A DNA stretch of 64,000 nt from Antedon mediterranea. Its lineage: Eukaryota; Animalia; Echinodermata. The stretch covers positions 5,332,001 through 5,396,000 of the forward strand of contig NC_092674.1 of the NCBI RefSeq assembly GCF_964355755.1, read 5' to 3'. The position numbers and the translations under genes were made by a program. This document shows, in pieces, positions 29,701-42,800 of this stretch. Position 1 is the first letter of the stretch, and each line of letters opens with the position of its first letter. The notes beneath the pieces were generated by a model, which made no database searches, was not told the origin of the DNA, and saw only the letters and a program-made list of their open reading frames with translations.

Positions 29701-32700
29701 CTAAAATAATTGGAGAAAATGCGATAAAATATATTAAATTTAAAAAAAAACATTTAAGAACTGTTGAAACACTTTTCTCAAAAATTCACGCAAAAACAAA
29801 AAGAGAAAAAAAAACAATTTACAAACCAGAGCTCGAAGAATATCCGTTAGATATTCTGGTAATAATGTTTATAGAGTTATCCATGTTGCTTTATTAAAGA
29901 GAAGACAATTTCGACAATGATGTTTTAAATCGTTAGCTTTGTTTTATAATTTTCATTAAATTGTCCATCTTCTCGACGTTAATTCTCATCTTATTTGATT
30001 ATAGACTTAGATGTAGGCTAATTATTAAAGTGCTTCTTCATGACAAAGTTCGGGCGTAAGCATTCGCAACTGATGTAGGCCTACTACACGAATATCTACT
30101 TTTACACATTAGATACAAAACGATGCTGTATAAGTATTGAACAACTTGACCGTTCGGGAACAAAAAATGTATGACTACATTTTCTTAAAAGTTGTTATAA
30201 ACATATCAATGTTGTGCTTGCGTTGGGTAGTTCAATTGCTTATCCTTCCTTTTAGTTTCAATCGTTTCAAAACGTCAGCAACGCGTTTCTTACCGTTTCC
30301 TATCGGTAATTTGATAAAATATTTGAGTAGGAGTAAATTCTGACATAAAATAAGAAGAAGACGAAAAGAACACCGGTTATATCAACGATTTTTTTAGTAA
30401 CAAGCGAAATGAAGCAGTGGTATTTTACAATTGTAACACGTCCTATACGTGGTAAGGCAATTCTGTAACTGTTATTCGATATTAATTCCATTGAATAAGC
30501 TAATGAATTACGTTTGAATAATAAGTGAATTGTCTTCACGAATCTGCCCTATTCAAACATTCGTGACGTCAGTGGGCGTTATGTTACGCGCTAATATCAA
30601 GTTGGAAAGTCGTATTCGCGCTCTTTTAATTATCGTCTGTTTAAAGCAATCTGACGACAACACAGAAAATCAATACGTCACAACCTATTAACATAAAGTT
30701 GGTCACGGAATAATCAGTAGAATTGATGACGATGATTGAAACACATTCAAGTGAGCATTTTTATACAAATAATGTTGGGCGGTGACGTCACGAACTGTAA
30801 TGACGAATGAATGAAGTCAATTGCAGACTATCGTTTGACATATCAGCTGGGTCCTGATCGATTTTTAAAAAGAAAACTATACTTTCTGTCATTTTTTTTT
30901 ACCGCGTTTTGCGTTTGAAGTAAAATAAAATATGTATTAATTATAAACATTTTAGAAGCATCTTTATTGTAGAGTTTCAAGATTGTGAACGTGAAAAGAA
31001 AATGTTTGGTTGTGTTTTCCTTGTCTGGGTTCCAGACAGAGTTTTGATTTTTGGCACATATGGCGTTTCATACGTGTACTAAGTGTTTCCCTTGCTGGGC
31101 AAGTATCGTCCTAATTAATGGGGATTCTTTTCTCTATGTCTGGGCCTATCTGCAGGTAGACCATTCATTAGGAGATGAATTCCACTCGGCATAGCCTAGC
31201 CTACTACATCACTGCTAGCTTCATAGAAATATTCTCTACTCCATAATAGCATATACGGTAGTAGTTCACGAATTTAAAATATCATTGCGCATATGGAACG
31301 GAAATGTTCGATCTACTTGTTAGAGAATTTTTTTTTTTTACAGGAGAACCGCTTTGTCCTAAATGATCGCTTGATTTGGCGCGGAAATTAAAGTAGTGAT
31401 TGTTTTAATTGGACTGAGGAAATGTAACTCCATCAAAATGATATCCATACTAATTAACACCTGCCGAACTACAGACAACTCAGGTTATACTACCTGATAC
31501 TGGCTAATTTCTTGTTTATAGCATATTACCTATGTACAAGTGTGCGATGTATCCGCCATAATATTAAATGCAAAGTCTAGTATGCTGTTGTAGGAAAGTT
31601 ACCGTATTGAATTTTCATCTGGGGACTGTATTTTTTATAAGCGCACCTCTCGTACTTCGGTCCTTTATGCCTTTCTACACTATCAAACTTTATGTGACAC
31701 AAAAATGTGATGTGCCCATTTGGACATGATGATGCCATATCACTACCATATTTGAGCATATCACTTCCATATTTGGGCACATCGCACTTTTTTTGTCAAA
31801 CTAGTTTGATAGTGTAGACAGAGCTTTTATTTAGTCCCCGTGTGACCAGATACGGTATAAAAAAGAGGTTTATCTTATTTACCTCCCTCTCTTTGACCAC
31901 GTCCTTCTTGCCACCATCTTCTGAAATGAGCCCTGTATGCCCCGGTGTCGAATGTTGCTTCATCCATCATCCATAAGTCACTCTGTTCTTTAATTCTCTA
32001 TTCTTGCAATGAAAATCGATATATGCTTAATAATACTAGGCTAGATATATTTTAACTAAAAAGCAAATATTGAATATACTGAATTCAATTGCTAGGCTCT
32101 TGATATGCCTTGTCACACAGCGGTTCTTGCCATAACCCTCATCTTATGTACGTATTACACTCATTCCGGGGTGCAATATGAATGTTTGTATCCTTTGTAT
32201 ACTAAAACTCACTCTGACGAATTTTAGAAATATTAAATACTACATTCCATACCCGAACACACGCTACCAAGATAATTTGGTATTCGAAACCCAGTTTATT
32301 AACTTTTGAATTAAATAAACACTTAAAGTTTGTTGGCAAATATAGAATCGATACCACGCGTTGTATCATGTTTCTGTTGTGTACACGGGTTGTGTAACGC
32401 CGTTACAAAGAGATAGAACAGCGAAGATTACTAGTCCTTGTCTGATTGTTCTTTACAAATGTTCTGTTTTTGTGTTATTTTTTCCTTGGATTACACAAGT
32501 TGCTTATCAATACTATTCTAGCTATCACGTTTAGTTGAACCGGTAACCAGGTAGCTAAAGTATGCTACCTTGCCTATCGCTAATAACCTGATACAATAGA
32601 AACGGTTTTTGCTAATATTCCAGTAGTTTTTTTTATTTGAAGGTCTGCAATATTAATTAAAGGCCCCTTTATTTAACGATTAATGACCAATAGAGGAGAA

Positions 32701-35644
32701 CCATGTAAGCCTACTATCGCGCGCATCATGCAGTGGAGGTGCAATCGGCTAAAATGAAAAAAAAAACACAGGTCCTTATTATTGATAAATCGAACCCATC
32801 AGCAGGCCTGTCGGTCTTTAATTATAAGAAAACAGTAGACTTCGGCCTACTAGTCAAAAGAAGATGCGAGATAAACGCGTCGCATTTTTACGGGTCGAAG
32901 TAACTTCTGACGTGAACTCCACTAGGACATAACGCAAAGACGTGAACGCAACGTAAGCTTGTTGACCAATGACAAGCGACATTTCGAATCGCTTGTGATT
33001 GGTCAAATCAATTACGTTGCGTTACGTCCTTACGTTGCTTTAGAAGCTTTACCACTAGCACGTAACGCAAGGACGTAAACGCAACGCAAGTGGTTGACCA
33101 CACAGTTCAGATTATCTATCGCCTGTGTTGCGTCTCTGGGAGCCAAACATTAGGTGATCCAAACGCGAAGTCAAAAGTACATCCACAGAAATCGGGTGTT
33201 GCTAATAATCATAATACGACCTATGTTTATGTTCAAACGCAATGCCTTCTACAGAATGGCAATACGTGCGTTTAAGCGTGGTTCCCACTAGCGACGCAAC
33301 GCAAGGACGTAACGCAACGCAAGTGAATTGACCAATCACAAGCGATGGCTTATTCGCTCGTGATTGCTAACTGTCTATAACTTCGCTTGTCATTGGTTAA
33401 AACGCTTGCGTTGCGTTTACGTCCTTGCGTTACGTTCTAGTGGGAACCAAGCTTTAGTGATAGCAGCAGGGTGCGTTTAAGCTTGGTTCCCACTAGGACA
33501 CAACGCAAGAAGGTAAGAGGCAACGCAGGTGAATTGACTAATCAAAAGCAATGGATTAGGCCTTTTCGAACTCTAGCTTATGATTGGTAAATTGCCTTGT
33601 GTTGCGTCCTAGTGGGATCACTTCCATTTTATGTTTCTTTAACGTATTTGGGAACTTAAAAAAAATGTTTACTCACGGCCAGCTCCACTTGTAGGCGTAT
33701 ACTGTTATTAGTTATAGTAGACTTTAATGTGCTCATCGAGTCCGATATCAGACTAACCCATAGCGCGTGACAAATTATTTTGAATAAAACTTTTGATGGG
33801 TCACATTTCGTTCATTCATTCAACAGTTATGTGTGGAATTTTATTGCAAATTTAGAATGTGATATGTGATATGTTATATTATAAGACTCTAATTTGTTCT
33901 TGAGCTATGGAGAATTGTTTGTAGTTTTTGTTTTCCGAAATTAAAGATAAAATGAATGAAATGAATTATCAATTATTGTTGGCTCTTTAAAGCATGGTAA
34001 CTAAGATATTGTGAATTTATAAGCCTATAAAAAGTCTACTCTAAATTAAATTATTTTATTAATAGCACTTATGAAACACTCTCCACACGTTTGATTCCAA
34101 GACTGTAAATTAATATTATTATTCTATCTAGGCCTATAGACATTTCCAAATACTCTACGGTCCGTATTAATAGCATTAATTGTTGTTAACTATCTCGATA
34201 TAAGGAAGTGACAATCCATACGCAATAAAAACATTTTTAATACCAGGGCTCTAAATGCATAGTTATTATTTTATTTAGGCAAGACCATAGTACCGATATT
34301 GTCACTGTCCCGATAGGCCTACACTTCACAGGACAAATATTGGCTGACACGCAATACAACTTTTTTTAAACGATAGGCCCTAAAGAAATTAATAAATTCT
34401 AAAGCTCTGTCAACACTATCAAACTAGTTTGACAAAAGTGTGATGTGCCGAAACATGGTAGTGATATGTCTAAATATGGTAGTGATATTCAATTCAACTT
34501 TTATTTCAGACAATTGTCCATATGGTATAATACATTACAAAAAAAAAAAGATGAAGGAGAGAGGACCACAACTTTTATCTATTGGTATATAATGCCTCTC
34601 TCCATTTGTAGTACATTTATATATACAAATTAACATTCTAATCTGTTTTCGCTTTTCATTATTCTTTCATATGGGCACATCACATTTTTTTATCACATAA
34701 AGTTTGATAGTGTAGATAGAGATTTGCAAGTATACGCAAATTTGCATATGATGATAAAGAAGAAGAAGTTTAGTAGTTGTGTATTATTAAAACTCAACTT
34801 ACTCTACTGAATTGGCGGGAAATAATTACGTTGGTCCTACCAAAGACATTGTATCTCTATGTACAACTTACTATTATTCGCTGCTTGTGTCGTCAAAAAT
34901 GAGTGACTGCGTTAAAAACTCCGTATTATTATGTTGGGCTACCTCTAATCCATGCTCCAATGTACCGTTTATTATCACACTAGTAGGCATAAGTTTTTAT
35001 TGTGTTTCATAGTCTATGTTGACTTTTTAGTCACCGTACTTTATGGTTCCCATAGTTTCATGAATGTTGAGATTGTGTACACTTCGTAATTCGGAAGCCG
35101 CCAACAAAACTATATCAATATTTATTTAGTGATTAGGCCCAGAGCGATTCTTTTTTATGTAATTGTTAAGAAACAATAAATAAGTGAATAACAGAGGTAG
35201 TTAACAAAATATTTTTAGCGGTAATAGTAATAAACTGTGTATGGAATAATGTGTACTCTTTGTAAACAGAGGTTATCAAGCTTTTGATAAACCTTGTACA
35301 AAATGGTCTTACGATACGATATAGGCTTCATGGTGTTTATGATGCCTACATCATATAGTGAGGGTTCCAGACGGAGTTTTGACTTACTATTAGTAAAAAG
35401 TTAAATATTTCGGCACATGTGGCGTATCATACGTATAATATTTGAGCTTTATACTGTATTTTCATGGTCAGAAAACGTCGATAAGCCTCGAAATAACTAA
35501 AGACTTGGGGCAAGTCTCGCCTACATAGTACGAAAACACATTATTGAAAATAAAAGTCTATCGTGTATTTGACCATGACTTTTGTATATCAGATTTACTA
35601 AATTGATATTAAAGTTGTAACACAATGGGAAAAAATTATTAGGC

Positions 35645-35795
35645 CGCACAAAGTGTTACAAGCAGTGTTACAAAGTGCGACAGCTCAGGTTATACAAAGT
35701 GCGACATATCGGTTATTACAAAGTGCGGCATATCGGTTATTACAAAGAGCGACAACGTTGTTACACAGTGCGGCAGGTATTACGAAGTGCGACCA
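35645..35795. repeat. Degenerate tandem repeat of about 24 bp containing TTACAAAGTGCG
   Basis: The motif recurs six or seven times. Confidence 0.75.
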
Positions 35796-36831
35796 AGGTA
35801 TAACCTCAATGGTGCGACGTAATACGCTTTGAAAGTGTGTTAAACCCGTTGACCATTCATTGGAGACGTTCAAGTGTTCTACACGTCGAAGTGAGCATTT
35901 ATGAAAACGTTTATCAATGCGTCAGCCAATACCGCTATATGATCGGTAACGCTTGTGAAGTCGTCGTGGTTTTTGTGACGGAAAGCTTTGAATGGTGTTG
36001 ATTCATAATAATGGCTTATTATAAAAATTCAATAAATAATTATTATACTTTAAAAAATCTTTCTCATTTCATAAATTACTGATTAATTAATTTTAACATT
36101 TGTTTTTACGGATATGTGCGTTAATTTAGTGTCAGTGAGTTAAAAAAAAGGTAACAGGAAAAGTACTGTATTATATTATATTCCTGTAAATGTTAAGCCT
36201 ATCATTGGTGGCGCTATGTCATTTCTGACACTTATTGCCAAACCAATTATAAGGCACATTAAAATTTAATTTTAAAATACTTAAGAAAAATAACGGCGAT
36301 ATTGATATATTTGTTTCAGAGGTTGTTTATTCAGTAATGATAAATAAATACTTTGTTTGCAAAACAGTATAAACAGAGTTATTAAGAATTATTTAGTCCA
36401 TCTTGTATATAATACATACCAAAGTAAGAACGAATTAAATGTTTTGTAATTATGTCGACTAATAATTGTATCAATAGTATTACAGTCATCCTCCCAATTT
36501 TATCACTTCGACAGCTAAAAAAATGTTTAGCGCCCTCTGTTTACTATTTGTCCATATTTCATATTTTATTAAATATTATGTCAACTAAAAGGAATATTAT
36601 ACTTTTTTATTATCTTTAAAAGCTTGTAAATTTATACATACATTTTACGATATAATTTATTTAAGTTTATCATGATTTTTGCGAACATTTTATGTACGAG
36701 GCGTATCAAGTGGAGGCCGCCATGATGGATTTTATCGTAACGTAAAATCTGCTGAAAAGGCGGGGCCATACGTGTGCGAAGATTTTCTTAGGAATTATGC
36801 TAGGATAATAACATTAAAACTTACAAACAAG

Positions 36832-39800
36832 ATGGTGTTACAGCCTTTGGAATTTAGCGATTGCTATTTGGACAGTCCTGAGTTTCGTGAGAACCTCAGG
36901 TGCCATGAACATGAATTGGAAATGACGAATAAAGCGATCAAGGATTTGATACGGGAGTGCAAGGCACTAATCAGTGCGGCGAGAAGTAAGTTATGACCTT
37001 CCCGAAGCTCCCAAAACACCATGTACTAAATAATGTTGGTAGGCCTAGAACAGTTTCTCTTGCATATGACTTGTGGAAATATGCGTAACGTACTTTTTTG
37101 TCATTTCATGATAGTATTCAACTTTGTAATTGCCTAGACTTGGCCAGGCCTACAATTGTATTTTTGTGTGTTCTAAATAATTTTAACTGAAATTCTATTC
37201 TTCTGACCTGCTGCTGCAGTGATTATGATTGACCCACCCACCAGTCACTCATCCTACACATTATTTGGGATTATAGGTACATGACTGTACCGCCAAATCA
37301 TGACGGCACACTCCATAGGCCTAGGCGCCTAATACTAAATATATAGCAAGCTTTCGATTTGTAATGACCAACAACGACCTACACTAAAGTACTGTATGTA
37401 CAACTCAGTACTATACAGGAATATGTTTTATGATTGGTTTTTTAAAATATTGTACTGTACAGTTTAAACAGGTGAGCTTGATTAAAAGTTAACATATAGA
37501 ATGTATGGCAATTGTGTTGTACTTTATCTTGTATTATTAGCAATTTGAATCTCTTTCAAGAAGCCGTCAAGTGTGCTTTAGTAGCAGTCAAGTGTGGGAG
37601 TGTGGAAGCCCTCAATCTTATCTACAACCTTGAATGAATTCAAGTATTATCTGCTTTATACCACGTCCGGTATTAGCCTGAGTTTGCCAAGAATATGTTG
37701 ATTTTCTAAGTTTTTTATCAGCTATGCAACCGGATCAAGTGTTAATTACTGTACATGTTGAAAGAATACTGTACCTGTTGAATGACACAGATTTCTTAAT
37801 ATCTTAATATTATGTAGACATTTAATATTAAATTATTTAATTGTTAATACTAATACTGTAATTGAAATGCAAATACCCAACAAATTTTAATTGAGATACA
37901 AATAAATAAAAAATAATTTTGAAACAATAACATTGGTTTTATAGCCAGAGACGAGAACATTCCTATTGCCTTTATAATAATAATAATAATAATATTTATT
38001 CGGTCATCAGTGTAAAAATAACCAGGAATGAGAATAGGCTAAAGCCCAAACAGATTCTGCACTCACTCCATATAAAAATATACAGTTAGTTTATTCTGTG
38101 TACAGTGAATTTACTTTCATCCACACATTAGTTTCAATTGTTTCAATTCACTTGTCAATTGTATGACCCACTATACGACCCCCGGGAGAGGTGCGTCATT
38201 TGTCCGATGTGCGTCATACCTTTGAATACCATGACGCACCCGTGCGTCAAAAATGTGACTTACTTTTAGGTGACCATGACGCACCCATTTTGACGCACTG
38301 TGACCATGTTGTTTATGATATGGTGGGTGTTAAGTGACGGACATTGACACACCTTGTTCATTGATATGACGTACCATCTAGGTTTTTTGACGCACCCCTG
38401 CGTCAGTAATTATTTGTAAATGACGCACCTCTCCCGGGGTTCGTATAGTGGGTCATACAATTGACAAGTGCATAATTCTGTACTACAGTACAGAAAAATG
38501 CCTTTTAATTTTGCTTGTGAAATTGTACACTGCCCATACAGTATTATCCTATCCTACAGTATTGATGACAGCACCCAATGGATTAACTACACAATTTAGT
38601 ATACATTGATGAAAGCGATACTGTAGTTTGCTTTAGAAAAAAGCATTTTTTTTACTACTTCTAAGTAGTTTTTGCTATTTATACTCAAAATAATTATTGA
38701 CTTGAAAAATAAGTATTATTGGTTTCAATTTTTAAATGAAAAAAAAAAATTTTTTTTTTAAAGGGCACTGCAATTTTATTTTGTGTATGGATTAATACAG
38801 TTACTATTAAGGCCAATTTACACAAGCGGTATACGGTAATAACAATATATAATCTATGTTATTCCTTATGACCATTTGCAAAAAGCGTGGAGCGGACGGT
38901 CGGTTTCGGCTGAGAATAGATACAGATTCTACGTTTACCGTTACTGCTCGTCTGTGTAAATTGGTCTTACTGTACAGTAGACCTACTGTTTTAATGCATA
39001 CAATACTATACATAGTTTGAACAATTTTTTTACAATTATCGTATTCACTCGCATGCTATGTCTTACAAATTAAGAACATTGAATAATAAGATAATGCTCT
39101 GTTAGTCAGTTATTGATTATTCATAAAATACTGATTGAATTTCTCAATTACATTAACTCCTCCTGTCTAATTGTCTAATTATAAAGAATCTCGTTACAAT
39201 TGATTTTCATCACGTTATGTAATGGAGCAGTTTTGAATTGTAGAAAAATGAATTCATAATCAATTTAAATTCTTCATGTGCGAGTCATCAAATTACAGTT
39301 ATGATTTACAGCACCAAAGAGCACAAAAGAAAATGCTTGGAAATCTGGACAACATTCACAGTATCACTATCATTGACAAATTTACAGTTTGTTAGATATT
39401 ACACACTTCATGTAATATAGTAGCTACAGTACAGTAAAGCTCCGTCTACACTATCAAACTAGTTTGACAAAAAAGGTGTGATGTGCCTAAATATGGTAGT
39501 GATACTGTATGCTCACATATGGTAGTGATATAACATCAAGTCTACTTGAAACATAGGGCCTGTTCGTAGGGGTTGAAAATACCAGCTTATTCCCGATTTC
39601 CGTTCGCGTGATCCAATTAACTTTTGCCTCAGGCTACAAAAAATTTGAGGTAAAATGTTCACCAGATTTGCAGGTTATTTCAGCGATAAACCAATTATAC
39701 TCGGCCTTCGAGGATAATAAATCTCCGATAGAGGCAATGTGTCAAATTTTGACAAACGTTCGCTGCCTAGGCCTGTCATTTCTCCTACGAAGCTCTTCCA

Positions 39801-42800
39801 TACACGCTTCGAGAGCGATCGTCAGCTGGTGCTGTCCTTGTTGGTGTAGAAGCTGGTCGGGGAGCCGCTGGTCGGTGGTGTTTCCGTCGTGTAACATTGG
39901 GCTCAAATTCTTCGTCAATGAGTAAAATAATGGGCGTCAGGAGAAGGCATATTTCGGCAGGATTATCGGCGTTAAGAGGCATAAGGTTTGTCGCAAGGAT
40001 AAGCAGTGTAAAAGGTACAGTAGATCGCGAGTAAAAAATATACAACACGAAACTAGCGTGCGAAAATGGGGTCGTAGGTTGTAAAGACAACTGACCTTAA
40101 AACGTAATTTCCGGTTTGTGATTCGTCGATTAAGCATTAAAAGCGGTTAAATATTTCAAGTACGAACAACGCTCAATTTATAACCCGAGGCATGGGTGAA
40201 ATTAAGCGCTTATTTTAACCACCGTACGAACACGACCATACAGTACTCAGCTGTACTGTAATATGAACACATCTCATTTGTTTGCCACATAAAGTTGGAT
40301 ACAGTAGTGTACATAGACAGAGTTTAAGACTAAGAGTAACTTAATAATAGGTACTACAGTATAGACGTATGTAGACTTGCCCTTTCTTTCTAGTTATTGT
40401 ACAGTATTTGTTTTAGTAGTTTTCAGTTGGAATGATTTGTCTGGGCAGGCCTCGAATTTTACCGCGGCCAGTGCCGTCAGTGCCCTCCCAGTTGGCCTCA
40501 ATGCCCTCGAAAATGAATAGCACCCACGGCCACTACTGGCCTGCCCTTTTTTTGCGTTGGCCGCGAGTGCCCTTCCCGAGTTTTACCACAATAAAAACAA
40601 CTGAATTAGATAGAAAATAATGTCAAGAAGATTTGTTTACACGACTCGGACGAGACGCAAAACTATCGCCTGTCTTCGTTGCAAGGGGATTTCCCTAAAC
40701 GCATTTATTAATACACAAACACTCAAACAGTAAACAAAACATCAAACATTTTGTAACCAAAACAATATCATCCCGGTCCCGGCCGCCGTGCGTGGTAAAT
40801 CATGATATAGATAGTACACTAAAATACAGGGGTGTACACTTTTAATAATCAAGCTAAAAACGTTCCTCGATCGGAGGTTACTGAAAGTATTAAAGTGGCA
40901 CCACCCCACCTCAATAATCGAGCTAGCCGCCTTCGATTACACGCACTCCTAGCTAGCCTAGCCTATCCTCCCACCGCCGATGCGATCCGGTCGAACACAC
41001 GCAATTCAATTCATTGGGAAAACAATTCTATTTGACGCACACGCACCCTCTGATAAGAAATTTCACCCACGACGTCCGTCCGTCGTACGTACGCGAAGGA
41101 TCGGATCGTTGGAAAAACAATTCCTTTTGACGTACACGCACCCTCTGATAAGAAAATACCATGTGCGTTCCTGCATGGTGTAGTCCATTATACTGTAAAA
41201 TTAGGGGTGTTTACTTTTAGCACCAAAGTTAAACCTGCACCTCAACCCGAAGATCGTTGGAAGTACTGTATATCATATTTATATTTTATCGCACCCACCT
41301 CAATAATCCAGCAGACAGATCATCGAAAAATCTTGTTTAACAACGTCGTACACTAAATTACCAAACGCGTTTTTACCGAACTCAAGAAAATGGTATACTC
41401 CACAATACACGTGCAGTAAGGCCGGCTAAACAGAGAGAGAGAGAAAGGGGTCGGTGTTCGTCCGTGTTTTGAATTCTTATAAATATGGATTATACCAGGG
41501 AGTTGTTACAACTCCCTGATTATACTAACAAAAAAGCTTCAGAAATCGAAACTCGGAAAATAACTATAATTTATATTCTACTACATAATGTCATTGGCTT
41601 GATTTTACCGTGGTTAACACTCTGTGTATGAATAGTTGTAGGTAAGGCCTACAAACAAATTGTTTTTGTATCATGTTTTCTCCGTCGGCTGCTAGGCTGA
41701 GGCTTGCTGTTGTTCCTTGGTTGTTGGCTTCACGTGCCTTTTTATCGAATTATTTGAAACTAAACGAAGCATTCAAAACAGGACGGTAAACTATAAACGC
41801 TGAACATCGTACCTATTTATTATTTTTATATGGATCGTAAACACACGTAATTTTTTTTTTTTTTTGAAAAAAATTCCACCCTCAACCGGAAACAAGCTAT
41901 TTTTAAATTTTGGCCTAGTTATTACAATGTTTTTTAATTTTGGCCTTGGTGCCCCTTCGATTTAAAACAAATGGCCTTGGTGCCCTCCCATTTGGCCTTG
42001 GTGCCCCTAAAATCAATGAAAACCGGAGGCCAAATGGCCTTGCCCCAAAAATCCTCAAATTCGAGGCCTGTGATTTCATATTCCAAATACAGTATTATAC
42101 AAATGAAACGCCATGTAGGCTAAAATGTGTCATACAGTATTTTTATGAATATTAAGTCAACTCGAACCTACAGTACAGTAATACACTGTGTGCTTGGCTA
42201 CTGTAGTCTACGATCTACTAATAGTGCTATAGTACAGTACCGTAATAAATTATGTATGTTGACTGTATAATAATAGCTTACTGCTGAGATCATAGAGTGA
42301 GGTACATATCACATTCCTCTATTAAGATTGAGCATTAGCAATAAATGCTGTGAGTAATGACATTTGTGTTAGGTTCAAATGCTTGCTTAAATAGTTGGTC
42401 AACGTTTCTAGGTAATTTCACCTTAATGTTATAAGATAAGATAAGATAAGATAAGATAACTTTTATTGATCCTCAAAAAGGAAATTCATTGCTCGTCATA
42501 ATAACAAAGAAAACACTATAAAAACAAATATAGCATAAAACCAATCATATAAAAACATCTAAAAAATTACAATATAAAATTATCTTCTTGACTTCCTGTT
42601 GTACTGGATGATACCGGAGGGAATAAAGGATTTAGCAAATCGATTTGTTTTCACACTGAGGAGCCTCAATCTACCACTTGGATTAAGTTGGTCTATGATC
42701 ACTTTGTGGAGAGGATGAGAGGCATCCGACTCAATGCGTTCGAAATCTTTCTGGAGGTGTTCTAGGTGCACATCGGTAAAGGAAGGCAGTTCCAGACCAA

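Noticed and set aside
32520-32590. RFX X-box-like motif (GGTAACCAGGTAGC) upstream of the CNBD gene
   Set aside because: The match to consensus is weak and the transcription start is unknown, so it cannot be supported.
39608-41183. ORFs of 60-105 aa in RhoGAP intron 1 as nested genes
   Set aside because: They lie inside GC-richer non-autonomous transposons and show no recognisable domains.
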